A DNA stretch of 64,000 bases from an uncultured Gammaproteobacteria bacterium (lineage in GTDB: Bacteria > Patescibacteriota > Patescibacteriia > Magasanikbacterales > GWA2-37-8). Both the position numbers and the translations under genes were made by a program. The stretch covers positions 445-64,444 of the forward strand of contig CAYHBZ010000001.1 in the NCBI GenBank assembly GCA_964355175.1. Direction: 5' to 3'. This document shows, piece after piece, positions 29,476-39,369 of the stretch. Within the stretch, counting starts at the first letter, position 1. Each line of letters opens with the position of its first letter. Under the pieces are notes generated by a model that had not been told where the DNA came from, did not search any database, and was given only the letters and a program-made list of their open reading frames with translations.

Positions 29476-29847
29476 TCACGCAATGCCGTGCATGGCCTTG
29501 AACACCTGGACGACCGTGCGCTGGATTTCAGCATCCTGGATCTGGCCACGGCTCGTGTAGATGGCGCTTGTGCCAAAGCCGTGATTGTAGAACGCCAGGA
29601 AGTCGCGAGCCTCACACTCCCGAATCAGATCTGCCTTGTGGCAATGCATCTTGGTCGAGAGGCGGACCAGGGTGGGCTGGCCGTTTTTCTCCGGCAGGGA
29701 GCTGACGTTGCCGTCCCAACGCCCTTCTTCCAGTTGGTCCAGTCTCAAGCCCAGGAACTTGAAAAGGGGCAATTCATACCCCCAGACACCATCCAGACTG
29801 AGGTGGTTCGGAAAGAGGAGAACTCGCACTTTCGTGGACGTGGACAT
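29476..29847 (-). CDS. GC-rich orphan hypothetical protein, 123 aa
   Basis: G/C-ending codons, GAGGA RBS just before the ATG, TTGACT..TATAAA promoter-like sequence at ~29890-29920. Confidence 0.65.
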   Translation of the reverse strand: MSTSTKVRVLLFPNHLSLDGVWGYELPLFKFLGLRLDQLEEGRWDGNVSSLPEKNGQPTLVRLSTKMHCHKADLIRECEARDFLAFYNHGFGTSAIYTSRGQIQDAEIQRTVVQVFKAMHGIA

Positions 29848-29972
29848 GGGATTCCTCGCGGAGCAGGTGTTTGCCTGCGGTAGATTGCTTTATTTATACT
29901 ATAATCACGCAAATAGTCAATATCAGCTCTCACCCTTGTTTTTTCCAATCAATAGTGTTAAATTAGCCTAGT

Positions 29973-31751
29973 ATGGCCGATACTCAACTTATCAAAGAGA
30001 AGATAGATTTGGCCCAATTGGTGCAGGAATATGTGCCACTCAAAAAAGCGGGTATTTATTACAAAGCGCCGTGCCCATTTCATCGCGAAAAAACTCCGTC
30101 CTTCATGGTCAATGCCGAAAAGCAAATTTGGAAATGCTTTGGGTGTGGCAAAGGCGGGGATATTTTTTCGTTTGTGCAAGAAATGGAAGGTCTGGATTTT
30201 GTGGAAGCGCTGAAACTTTTGGCTGAGCGTGCTGGTGTAAAGATTGATAGCTATCGTAGTGAAATAGATAAAAGTCAAAAAAATCGTATTTTGGAAATAA
30301 ATCAAAAAGCCGCTTATTTTTTTCATCATGTATTATTAGAGATGTCCGCTTCAGCTGGCGCTCGTGAATATCTGGAAAATCGTGGATTAAAAAAAGAAAC
30401 TATCGAACAATGGCAAGTTGGTTTTATTCCGGATCAGTGGGATTTGCTCACGCAATATTTTCTCAAAAAAGGTGTGGGTATCGATGATCTTATGGCCGCC
30501 GGCCTTACAATAAAAAAAGATGCCGCTCGCGCCGGACAAGGATTTTATGATCGTTTCCGTGGTCGTATTATGTTCCCAATTTGGAATGTGCATGGCAATG
30601 TGGTGGGTTTCACCGGTCGGGTATTGGTAGAGACCGAGCACAGCGGCGGGAAGTATGTAAACACTCCACAGACTCTGGTTTATGATAAATCACGCGTGCT
30701 CTATGGCCTCAACAATGCCAAAACTGAAATAAAAGCCCAGGACCTAGCTGTAATAGTGGAAGGACAGATGGATGTGGTGGCCTGCCATCAGGCTGGTATG
30801 AAAAATGTAGTCGCCTCGTCTGGCACGGCTTTGACTTTGGAACAAATAAAATTACTAAAAAGATATTCACCAAATGTCGCCATGGCCTTTGACGCGGATA
30901 AAGCCGGAGTCGCCGCCGCCAAAAGGGGGATTGATATCGCGCTTACCGAAGGCTTAAATGTTCGCGCAATTTCAATTCCAGATGGTGCAGGCAAAGACGC
31001 TGATGAATGTTTGAAAAAAAATCCTCAAGTTTGGTTTGATTCAGTCAAAAATGCCAGCGATGTGATGGATTGGTTTTTTGCAATGGCGTTCAATAATAAA
31101 GATGTGTCTGGACCTAAAGCCAAACAGCAGGTGGCTGATGAGCTTCTGCCGCTGGTGGGCTTAATTCCATATGCTGTCGAGCGTGACTATTGGCTCAAAC
31201 AGCTCGGGGATCGTCTGGGAGTGGAAGTATCGGTATTGCGTGATGACCTCAAACGTTTTGATAAAAATAAAAAAGAAGGAAATCAGGTAGACAAAAGACC
31301 GGCGGTGGCCAAAGCCGCGCCGCTCGACACCGTAGAGCGCTTACTCCAGCGTCTACTCATGATTTGGAGCTCGCATCCGGAGTATATATCCGCTCAGTGG
31401 TCCAAGTTAAACTCCCGTTGTTATGTCGGAAGTGTTTATCAACACCTTTACGAATCCATAAAAAATCAGTATAATACCAGCAGTCCATTGAGCACTGCTG
31501 ATTGGCAGAATTTTTTTGTAAATACTGATTTGACTTCGGAGTTTGAAAATTTGAAAATGTTGGCCGCTATCGAGCCCGGTGAAACCGAAGATTCCGATCT
31601 GAAGATTGAAGGCGTAGAAATTGTAGTTCGTATCAATGATGAGTGGTCTAGAAAAAAAAGAAAAGAAATTCAATTTCAACTAGCGCAAGCCGAGAAAATC
31701 GGCGACAAAGAACTTTCCCAAAAATTATTTGTGGAGCTTCAAAATATTTAA
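29973..31751 (+). CDS. dnaG: DNA primase
   Basis: [15 protein letters not shown] zinc finger, [30 protein letters not shown]. Confidence 0.98.
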   Translation: MADTQLIKEKIDLAQLVQEYVPLKKAGIYYKAPCPFHREKTPSFMVNAEKQIWKCFGCGKGGDIFSFVQEMEGLDFVEALKLLAERAGVKIDSYRSEIDKSQKNRILEINQKAAYFFHHVLLEMSASAGAREYLENRGLKKETIEQWQVGFIPDQWDLLTQYFLKKGVGIDDLMAAGLTIKKDAARAGQGFYDRFRGRIMFPIWNVHGNVVGFTGRVLVETEHSGGKYVNTPQTLVYDKSRVLYGLNNAKTEIKAQDLAVIVEGQMDVVACHQAGMKNVVASSGTALTLEQIKLLKRYSPNVAMAFDADKAGVAAAKRGIDIALTEGLNVRAISIPDGAGKDADECLKKNPQVWFDSVKNASDVMDWFFAMAFNNKDVSGPKAKQQVADELLPLVGLIPYAVERDYWLKQLGDRLGVEVSVLRDDLKRFDKNKKEGNQVDKRPAVAKAAPLDTVERLLQRLLMIWSSHPEYISAQWSKLNSRCYVGSVYQHLYESIKNQYNTSSPLSTADWQNFFVNTDLTSEFENLKMLAAIEPGETEDSDLKIEGVEIVVRINDEWSRKKRKEIQFQLAQAEKIGDKELSQKLFVELQNI

Positions 31752-31753
31752 TT

Positions 31754-33070
31754 ATGCCAAAGAAGGTGCAAAAAAAGAAAAAAGTTTTAATGAAAAAATC
31801 AACACCAAAAAAACCGGTTAAAAAACCGGTTGTTAAGATTGTGAAAAAGGAAAAAAAGGTTACGGTCAAAAAACCACAGCCAAAAAAAGTTTTTAAACCT
31901 TTGAAGGCCAAGGCCAAGCTAGAAATTAAAAAACCGAAATTCAAGAAAATAATTCCGGTGGTGGAAGAAGTCGTAATAGAACCTACCAATGACGATCTCT
32001 ACAGATTAATCAGCAAGGGTCGTAATCGTGGCTTTATTACCGATATTGAAATGCTAGGGCTAATAAAGCGTCCGGAATGTTATTTGGATTTATACGAAGG
32101 ATTTTTGGATGCACTAGATCGCAATGGTGTGACTGTGGTGGAATCAAACGCGAATTTGCTCGGTGTAAAACCAGAGCACAAAGAAACCTTGAAACAATTC
32201 CAAGGGGCTCAGCCGGATATGGACAGTCCTTTTGATTTGGGTGAAATTTCCTCCGATTCAATTCAGATGTATTTGCGTGAAATTGGTAAAATTCCTTTGC
32301 TCAAAGGTGATGAAGAAGTATCTCTAGCCAAACGCAAAGAGCGTGGTGATAAAGTAGCCGAACGAAAAATTATTGAAGCCAACTTGCGTTTGGTAGTTTC
32401 GATTGCCAAAAAATTTGTCGGCAAAAGTTTGTCTTTGCTTGATCTGATTCAAGAAGGTAATATCGGTCTTTTCCGTGCCGTGAAAAAATTTGATCACCGC
32501 AAAGGTTATAAATTTTCTACTTACGCCACTTGGTGGATTCGTCAGGCTATCACCCGTGCTTTGGCCGACCAATCCCGTACCATTCGTATTCCGGTACATA
32601 TGGTGGAAACCATCAATCGTTTCCAACAAGTACAGCGCCGTCTTACTCAGGATTTGGGTCGTGACCCAACTCCGGAAGAATTAGCCGCCGAAATGGGCGA
32701 GGAAGTTACCAAAATTCAACACATTATCAAAATTTCTCAGGATACCGTATCGCTCGATGTGTCGGTGGGTGACGACGATGAAGATACTCAGCTCGGTGAT
32801 TTCATCGAAGATGTTAAAAATGTTTCACCAGATCGTGCTGCCGGATTGCAGATCTTGCGTGACTATGTCAAAGAGGCTATCAAGTCGCTTTCTCCTCGTG
32901 AACAAAAAATTCTCGAAATGCGTTTTGGGTTGGCTGATGGTGTAACCCATACTTTGGAAGAAGTGGGTCAGGAATTTGGGGTTACGCGTGAACGTATTCG
33001 TCAGATCGAAGCCAAGGCTTTGGAAAAAATTCAGCATACGGATTTGATTGGTAAGCTTAAGGATTATTAA
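31754..33070 (+). CDS. rpoD: Primary sigma factor RpoD with Lys/Pro/Val-rich N-terminal extension
   Basis: [50 protein letters not shown]. Confidence 0.97.
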   Translation: MPKKVQKKKKVLMKKSTPKKPVKKPVVKIVKKEKKVTVKKPQPKKVFKPLKAKAKLEIKKPKFKKIIPVVEEVVIEPTNDDLYRLISKGRNRGFITDIEMLGLIKRPECYLDLYEGFLDALDRNGVTVVESNANLLGVKPEHKETLKQFQGAQPDMDSPFDLGEISSDSIQMYLREIGKIPLLKGDEEVSLAKRKERGDKVAERKIIEANLRLVVSIAKKFVGKSLSLLDLIQEGNIGLFRAVKKFDHRKGYKFSTYATWWIRQAITRALADQSRTIRIPVHMVETINRFQQVQRRLTQDLGRDPTPEELAAEMGEEVTKIQHIIKISQDTVSLDVSVGDDDEDTQLGDFIEDVKNVSPDRAAGLQILRDYVKEAIKSLSPREQKILEMRFGLADGVTHTLEEVGQEFGVTRERIRQIEAKALEKIQHTDLIGKLKDY

Positions 33071-33086
33071 TTTTTCTTCTGTCTTC

Positions 33087-33270
33087 ATCAACTAGGTATT
33101 TCCTCGCTCTCTCACCTATGAAAATCCTAGGATAATTTGCAACCCACCGAAGCTCTGGCCGTGAACTCGTCGCTTGGCTCCTCAAACAGCACGGCCAGCC
33201 ACGCTTCGTTGGCTCACAAATTATTTCCTAGGATTTTCAGCGGTTCGTTCGGAGGAAATACCTAGTTGAT
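33087..33270. repeat. 184-bp rod-like inverted-repeat element (MITE-like or structured RNA)
   Basis: Perfect 19-bp terminal IR ATCAACTAGGTATTTCCTC/GAGGAAATACCTAGTTGAT plus nested helices. Confidence 0.7.
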
Positions 33271-33280
33271 TCTTAATTAT

Positions 33281-34354
33281 ATGAAAATTGTCTTTTCTGG
33301 TGGGGGTACGCTTGGGCCGGTGACGCCGCTTTTGGCGGTGGCGCAGGCTTATAGGGAAAAATATCCGGAAACTGAATTTGTCTGGGTAGGTACAGTCAAT
33401 GGTCCGGAGCGTGAATTGGTGGAAAGAAATAATATTAAATTTGTCACTCTCACGGCCGGCAAATGGCGTCGTTATTTTTCTTTGTTAAATATTTTTGATA
33501 TTTTCCGTTTTGCTGTTGGTTTTTTTGAATCAGTGGTTTTTATTGTGCGCGAAAAACCCGCTTTACTAATTTCGGCTGGTGGGTATGTCAGCGTGCCTTT
33601 GCATTGGGCGGGGGCGATGTTTGGAATACCGCAGTGGATACACCAACAGGATTTTCAAGTTGGCCTGGCCAATCAGCTGATGAGCAAAACCGCCAAAGTA
33701 ATTACCGTGGCTCTGAAAAAAAATCTTTCCGCTTTTAATATTAAAAAAACTATTTGGCTTGGTAATCCGGTGCGTCCTGAGCTTTTTAAGGGAGATAAAG
33801 CGGCCGCGAAAAAAATGTTTGGTATAAAATCCGATCTGCCGGTAATCCTAGCCATGGGCGGGGGAACGGGGTCGCTGAAATTAAACCAAATGGTGGTGGA
33901 ATCTATTCAACATCTCCAAGGTTTCTGTGAAATAATTCATCTCTCCGGCAAAGAACGTCCGCAAGAATTAGTGGATCATGCCGCCAAATATTTTGATTAT
34001 TATCACCACTATCAATTTTTAAATAAAGAAATGGCCGACGCCTATGCGGCGGCGGATTTGGTAATTTCACGTGGCGGATTTGGTTCAATTTCCGAAATTG
34101 CCGCTCTGAAAAAGCCGGCGATCTTGATCCCGAAACCGGGCCATCAGTTTGATAATGTAAAATTTATTGCCGATGATCAGGCCGCTGTTTTTGTGGATGA
34201 GCGAGTTTCCGACGGTTTGTATCTTGCCAAAATTATAAAAAGGTTGTTAAATAATGATATCGAAAGAGTGCAGATGGCGAATAGGTTGAATAGTTTAATG
34301 CCTTCGGCTGAAAAGGAAGCTTTGGTTGATATAGTTAACAAATTATTAAAATGA
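33281..34354 (+). CDS. murG: MurG glycosyltransferase
   Basis: SGGGTLGPVTP, AGGYVSVP, GNPVR, GGGTGS, AADLVISRGG; ATG at 33281. Confidence 0.9.
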   Translation: MKIVFSGGGTLGPVTPLLAVAQAYREKYPETEFVWVGTVNGPERELVERNNIKFVTLTAGKWRRYFSLLNIFDIFRFAVGFFESVVFIVREKPALLISAGGYVSVPLHWAGAMFGIPQWIHQQDFQVGLANQLMSKTAKVITVALKKNLSAFNIKKTIWLGNPVRPELFKGDKAAAKKMFGIKSDLPVILAMGGGTGSLKLNQMVVESIQHLQGFCEIIHLSGKERPQELVDHAAKYFDYYHHYQFLNKEMADAYAAADLVISRGGFGSISEIAALKKPAILIPKPGHQFDNVKFIADDQAAVFVDERVSDGLYLAKIIKRLLNNDIERVQMANRLNSLMPSAEKEALVDIVNKLLK

Positions 34355-34596
34355 AACATTTTTAACGAATGTTTTGTATTAATAACATGGCAGGACAAGC
34401 AATTGTTTTGTCGGAGTCGCTAACGCGACCAAACACGCAAAGACCCGCTGAGAAATCAACGGGTTCTTTGTTTTTAAATTCTTTAAAATTAGCCAAAATA
34501 TTGTATTTTTTGAAACATAAAGCAGAGTATGCTCGTAGTAATTTCTGGGAGAGGGTAAAAAGGTCGAACTTTTTAATCATCTAATGTATATAAATT

Positions 34597-35418
34597 ATGA
34601 AAAAACTCAATTCATGGCTATTTATGACTCTTTTAGTTGGTTCTCTCGCCCTTGGTATTACCGCCTCTGCTCAGGATTCTGATGATAGAGATGTCAGAGT
34701 AGCGACTACCGCCAGTGTGGATGCCGAAGCCAGGGTAAACTTTGAAGGTTCAAATTTATTTCCTCCACTACCCGATGTATCCAAATTCCTTTCCAAACCG
34801 GCTTCTTCCAGCTCCGTATCCAGTAGTATGCAGAAAATAGTGGAAGCTGATATCAAGCTTGTGGACGCTCGTCTTTCCGCTTTAGCTAGTTTGAAAGTTG
34901 AAATTGATCGCAGTGCTTATTTGACCGCCAGCCAGAAAACTAGTTTGAAAGCTATGGTAGATAGCAATATTTCCGGGTTAACTACTTTGCTTGCCAAGAT
35001 TAAAGCCGATACGGATTTGGCCGTATTGAAAGCTGATTCAGAAAAAATTTATACCGACTTTCGTATTTTCTCCGTGTTTACTCCAAAGATCAAGGCATTA
35101 ATAGCGTTTTATTCTCAAGCCAATTATTCTGGAAAAGCCAATGAAGTATTGGTAGTGGTACAGAATAAGCTGAATGACTTCAAAGATGCTGGTGTGAATG
35201 TAGTGGCCAACCAGGCCGCCCTCGACGCCGCTAAAGCCTCTTTGGTTCAGGCCAACGCCAAGATTGGCACTATGACTACCAAAGCTTCGGATTTGAAACC
35301 TTCGGACTTTCCTACAATCAGCGCTACTGTAATTTCAGACCTGAAAGTAGGTGTTAGACAAGTTCGTGATTTCTTTGTCCAAGTAAGTAATAGTTTGAGA
35401 GCCGCTATTAGATTGTAA
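34597..35418 (+). CDS. Secreted helical hypothetical protein
   Basis: Signal peptide, A/S/K/L-rich helical body. Confidence 0.75.
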   Translation: MKKLNSWLFMTLLVGSLALGITASAQDSDDRDVRVATTASVDAEARVNFEGSNLFPPLPDVSKFLSKPASSSSVSSSMQKIVEADIKLVDARLSALASLKVEIDRSAYLTASQKTSLKAMVDSNISGLTTLLAKIKADTDLAVLKADSEKIYTDFRIFSVFTPKIKALIAFYSQANYSGKANEVLVVVQNKLNDFKDAGVNVVANQAALDAAKASLVQANAKIGTMTTKASDLKPSDFPTISATVISDLKVGVRQVRDFFVQVSNSLRAAIRL

Positions 35419-35428
35419 TATGTAATAT

Positions 35429-35560
35429 GAGCCGGGGCGCTCACGTCGGAGTCCCGACTCAGTCGGGACTCCTCCTGCGGAAACCTTCGGGTTTCCGCAG
35501 ACCTTCCTCCGCAATGTGGGGAAATACTTTCCCCACCACCCCTTGGTTCGAGCCCCGGCC
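35429..35560. repeat. tRNA-associated multi-hairpin element carrying an inverted copy of the tRNA-Lys T-arm
   Basis: Closing stem GCCGGGGC/GCCCCGGC, three perfect hairpins, 16-nt exact inverted match to 35606-35621. Confidence 0.7.
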
Positions 35561-35599
35561 AAAATAAAAAACATTCTAATAAATTAGAATGTTTTTTTG

Positions 35600-35672
35600 T
35601 GGGCCGGCCGGGGCTCGAACCCGGGACCTTATCCTTAAAAGGGATCTGCTCTACCAGCTGAGCTACCGGCCC
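35600..35672 (-). tRNA. tRNA-Lys(TTT)
   Basis: GGGCCGGTAGCTCAGCTGGTAGAGCAGATCC-CTTTTAA-GGATAAGGTCCCGGGTTCGAGCCCCGGCCGGCCCA. Confidence 0.95.
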
Positions 35673-35759
35673 ATTTTCCGTAGACAAAACGATAGTGATA
35701 ATGATATAATAAAATCAATAAAAAATCAAGACCTTTAATTCTAAACAGTGGATAATTGT

Positions 35760-36332
35760 ATGATGGACAAAAAATATCTTCAGTCAATCAGGACTGATCT
35801 ACTTGGTTATGCGCAGAAAAGACGAGAAGTCATAAAGATGTCCGGTGACGCCCAGCAACACTCTAAAAAAGCCATTTTTGCCCTTCAGCGTGATGATAAG
35901 GCGGGTGCCGACGAGCGCTTTGCTTTGGCCAAAGCCTTATTTTTGGATTTGGAAAAAAAGTTTAAAAAAGAACCGGGTTTGCTCGACGAAGGCTCATATC
36001 GCGCCGCACTGGAAGAATATGTGGAAGCGGTTTTATTTCATGATTTTATTGCCGGCAAATCAGTTGGTAAAATAAAAAATATAGCTATAGATTCTGATGC
36101 TTATATTAGTGGCCTGTGCGATGTGCCGGGCGAACTCTATCGTTATGCTATCAAATCCGCCACGGCGCGTGATTTTGAAATGACCAAAAAATGTTTTGGT
36201 TATGCTCAAGAAATTATCGGTGAATTAATTGATATGGATCTTACCGGCTATCATCGTAATAAATTTGATCAGGCCAAACAAGCTTTACACAAACTCCAAG
36301 AAGTAGTCTACGAAGTAAGTTTGCGCGCCTAA
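35760..36332 (+). CDS. Translin/TRAX (C3PO) family protein
   Basis: ALEEYVEA and YISGLCDVPGELYR match TRAX-type acidic motifs; all-helical, ~190 aa. Confidence 0.8.
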   Translation: MMDKKYLQSIRTDLLGYAQKRREVIKMSGDAQQHSKKAIFALQRDDKAGADERFALAKALFLDLEKKFKKEPGLLDEGSYRAALEEYVEAVLFHDFIAGKSVGKIKNIAIDSDAYISGLCDVPGELYRYAIKSATARDFEMTKKCFGYAQEIIGELIDMDLTGYHRNKFDQAKQALHKLQEVVYEVSLRA

Positions 36333-36337
36333 AAAAT

Positions 36338-37633
36338 ATGTTTCAACAAAGATTAAAAAATCTAAAACATTTTTTGGTTGCCTTTTTCGCTTATTGGTAT
36401 TACGGCCGTCCGGCTCGTAAATTAATAGTGGTAGGGGTGACCGGTACCAAAGGGAAGTCTACGACCTCTCGTTTTGTTGCTTCTGCTCTGCAGGCTGGTG
36501 GATATAAAGTGGGTCTGCTTTCCACGGTTGAATTTCAAGTAGCCGACAAACGCTGGCTGAATGATAAAAAAATGACCATGCTTGGGTTGGGGCAGATTCA
36601 AAAAATGCTACGCGATATGGTACTGGCCGGCTGTCAGTACGCAGTGGTGGAAACATCATCGGAAGGCATTTTGCAATATCGTCACTTTGGTTTGCGCTAT
36701 GATATCGCTGTATTTACCAATCTCGGCACCGAGCACAACGAGCGTCACGGCGGGTTTGAAAATTTGCGTGGCGACAAAGGCAAATTATTTGAACAATTGA
36801 AAAAATATCCTCATAAAATTTTTAATAATAAAAAAGTAGAAAAAATTATTACCGTGAATCTGGATGATACGAATGCCAATTTTTATCTCAATTATTCTGC
36901 GGATAAAAAAATTGGTTTTGGTATAAAAAATAAAAATAGCGATTTACCACAAAATTATTTTGGTGAAATTTTGGCTTCTTCCGCCTCCGGCGTGGATTTC
37001 TTGGTAGATCAAAAAAAATATCATATCAATTTAGCCGGAGAATTCAATGTCTATAATGCTCTAGCCGCGATTGCGGTAGCGTCTTCACAAAATATTTCCG
37101 CGGAAAAAATTTCACAGGGACTTGATAGTGTAAAAATGCTCGAAGGCCGTATGGAATTTATCGAAGCTGGTCAGACATTTAAAGTAATCGTGGATTACGC
37201 GCACGAACCGATGAGTCTGACCGAATTATTTATAAATCTTAAAAAAATGGTTAGTGGCAAAGTAATTGCAGTCATCGGCTCAGATGGCGGCGGGCGTGAT
37301 GTTTCCAAGCGTTCCAAAATGGGTGAGATCGCCGGCCGGCTCTGTGACTATGTGATAGTGTCGGATGTAAATTGCTATGACGAAGACCCGGTGCAGATAG
37401 CGCAAATGTTGGCCGATGGCGCCAAACAAGCCGGGAAAATTCAAAATGAAAACTTATTTGTAGTAGTGGATAGGCGCCAGGGCATAGAGCAAGCGATTGA
37501 GTTGGCTCAGCCAAATGATGTCGTGGTAATCACCGCCAAAGGGACCGAGCCATATATCGGAGTAGCCAATGGTAAAAAAATCCCTTGGGATGATAGAGTG
37601 GTCGCCAGAGAAATTTTGCAAAAAGTGGTATAA
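36338..37633 (+). CDS. murE: MurE-type Mur ligase
   Basis: GVTGTKGKSTT, ETSSEG, FTNL..EH, GRME, VDYAH, DGGGRD, AKGTE. Confidence 0.85.
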   Translation: MFQQRLKNLKHFLVAFFAYWYYGRPARKLIVVGVTGTKGKSTTSRFVASALQAGGYKVGLLSTVEFQVADKRWLNDKKMTMLGLGQIQKMLRDMVLAGCQYAVVETSSEGILQYRHFGLRYDIAVFTNLGTEHNERHGGFENLRGDKGKLFEQLKKYPHKIFNNKKVEKIITVNLDDTNANFYLNYSADKKIGFGIKNKNSDLPQNYFGEILASSASGVDFLVDQKKYHINLAGEFNVYNALAAIAVASSQNISAEKISQGLDSVKMLEGRMEFIEAGQTFKVIVDYAHEPMSLTELFINLKKMVSGKVIAVIGSDGGGRDVSKRSKMGEIAGRLCDYVIVSDVNCYDEDPVQIAQMLADGAKQAGKIQNENLFVVVDRRQGIEQAIELAQPNDVVVITAKGTEPYIGVANGKKIPWDDRVVAREILQKVV

Positions 37634-37640
37634 TGTATTT

Positions 37641-38045
37641 ATGGCAAACAAAGATCAGAATCAGAAGTGGAAACAGATATTTTATTCGCGCTGGTTTTTG
37701 GCGTTGTTATTTGGGTTAACTTTTTTATTAATAATTTCTTATATTCGCGCTTATTATCAGGAATTTCAAGTGCGCCAAGAAATTAGTAATTTACAAGAAC
37801 AGCTCAGGTCGTTGGAATCCAAGAAAATTGAGACCGTGGAACTGCTCAAATACGCCCAGTCGTCCACTTTTGTAGAAGAAAAAGCGCGGACTGAATTAAA
37901 CCTTATAAAACCGGGTGAAAACGCGGTGATTATCACCAGCGGCTCCGAACTTCTCGCGAATAGACAAGAAAAAACAAATATGATAAAATGGTCGCAAGTT
38001 TCAAACCCAATAAAATGGTTTAAATTTTTCTTTATTACTAAATAA
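37641..38045 (+). CDS. Septum formation initiator (FtsB/DivIC family)
   Basis: TM, leucine zipper, FVEEKARTELNLIKPGE; ATG at 37641. Confidence 0.85.
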   Translation: MANKDQNQKWKQIFYSRWFLALLFGLTFLLIISYIRAYYQEFQVRQEISNLQEQLRSLESKKIETVELLKYAQSSTFVEEKARTELNLIKPGENAVIITSGSELLANRQEKTNMIKWSQVSNPIKWFKFFFITK

Positions 38046-38052
38046 TTTTTAT

Positions 38053-39036
38053 ATGGAAATACAAAACGAACAAAATAATTTGAAGATGTTTGGATACGGA
38101 TTGGCTGGTATTTTGGCCGTGGCCTTGGTAGGCTCGGTAGTCTGTGGCGTGTATAGAGTATATGCCAAAGCCGCTACGGATAATTTCACCGTCACTGTGG
38201 CCAAAGTTTTGCGTTTGCCGGCAATGAAGGTAAATGGTGAGCGCGTGCTCTATTCCGATTACGCCGAAGATTTGCGCGCTATCCATACGTTGGTAGCCTA
38301 CGACAAAGCCACGGGTGGTAATAATGCTTCTCTTACAGAAGAGCAAATGTCTGATCAAGTGTTGTGGAGATTGGCCAATAATATTTTGGTCAAAGAATCC
38401 GCTCAAAAGTATGGTGTGTCTGTTGATGAAAAAGATATGGAAGTTATCAAGAGTAACTTATTGCAACAATTTAAAAATGAAGATGAAATTAATAACGAGA
38501 TCGTGAAGCGCTATGGCTGGACATTCGCGCAGTATCAAAATAAAGTAGTAAAAAATTATATCTTACAGCAGAAAATTTCTGAAAAAATTCAAGGAGATCA
38601 ATCTGGCCGTGAAGCTATTCGTAATAAAGCTTTGACTGTATTAAACGAAATTAAAGCCGGTAAAGATTTTGCCGCTCAAGCAAAAGTTTATGCCGAAGAT
38701 GGTACCAAGGAAAATGGCGGTGACTTGGGCTGGTTTGGAAAAGGGGATATGGTGCCGGAATTTGAAAACGCTGTGTACGCTTTGAAACCTGGTCAGATCA
38801 CCCAGGATTTAGTAGAAACTCAGTATGGATACCACATTATAAAATTGGAAGAAGTAAAGACTGAAAAGGTAAAAGACGACAAAGGCAAGAATGTGGATCA
38901 GCAGAAAGTGCATGCCCGTCACATTTTATTCAAATTCCCGGATTCCAGCACTTATATGGATAGTTTGGCCAAATCCGCCAAATTTCATTTGTACCTAAAA
39001 GTGCACAATCCTTTCACAGAATTATTGGTTAAATAA
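38053..39036 (+). CDS. PrsA/SurA-like parvulin peptidyl-prolyl isomerase
   Basis: SurA-N region, GGDLGWF..MVPEFE, TQYGYHIIK, ARHILF. Confidence 0.9.
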   Translation: MEIQNEQNNLKMFGYGLAGILAVALVGSVVCGVYRVYAKAATDNFTVTVAKVLRLPAMKVNGERVLYSDYAEDLRAIHTLVAYDKATGGNNASLTEEQMSDQVLWRLANNILVKESAQKYGVSVDEKDMEVIKSNLLQQFKNEDEINNEIVKRYGWTFAQYQNKVVKNYILQQKISEKIQGDQSGREAIRNKALTVLNEIKAGKDFAAQAKVYAEDGTKENGGDLGWFGKGDMVPEFENAVYALKPGQITQDLVETQYGYHIIKLEEVKTEKVKDDKGKNVDQQKVHARHILFKFPDSSTYMDSLAKSAKFHLYLKVHNPFTELLVK

Positions 39037-39074
39037 ATCTAATACCTCCTCGATTCAATCGGGGAGGTTTTTTA

Positions 39075-39145
39075 GCGGGGTTAGTACAGTGGTAGTATGT
39101 GGCCTTCCCAAGGCCAAGATGCGGGTTCGATTCCCGTATCCCGCT
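39075..39145 (+). tRNA. tRNA-Gly(CCC)
   Basis: Anticodon arm TGGCC-TTCCCAA-GGCCA, T-arm GCGGGTTCGATTCCCGT. Confidence 0.92.
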
Positions 39146-39224
39146 CAAATAAAACGCATTAAGAATTTAGTGCGTTTTTAAATTGACTTCTTCGCTGTAA
39201 AAAGATATAATCTCACTGTTTTTA

Positions 39225-39297
39225 GCCGACCTAGCTCAGTTGGTAGAGCGACGGTATCGTAAACCGTAGGTCATGGGTTCAATTCCCATGGTCGGCT
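39225..39297 (+). tRNA. tRNA-Thr(CGT)
   Basis: Anticodon arm ACGGT-ATCGTAA-ACCGT; own promoter TTGACT-17-TATAAT at 39183-39211. Confidence 0.95.
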
Positions 39298-39369
39298 CAA
39301 TTTATACACACCTAAAGGTGTGTTTTTGTTTATTGAAATATATGATATAATAATCAATGTATTATAGTT

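Noticed and set aside
29422-29883. 153-aa plus-strand ORF
   Set aside because: Antisense shadow of the GC-rich minus-strand gene, which has the SD and promoter
35429-35560. Intron-containing or second tRNA gene
   Set aside because: No D-arm, anticodon arm or acceptor end; only the T-arm segment matches
35247-35687. 146-aa and 79-aa minus-strand ORFs
   Set aside because: They read through tRNA-Lys and a GC-rich hairpin element; not credible proteins
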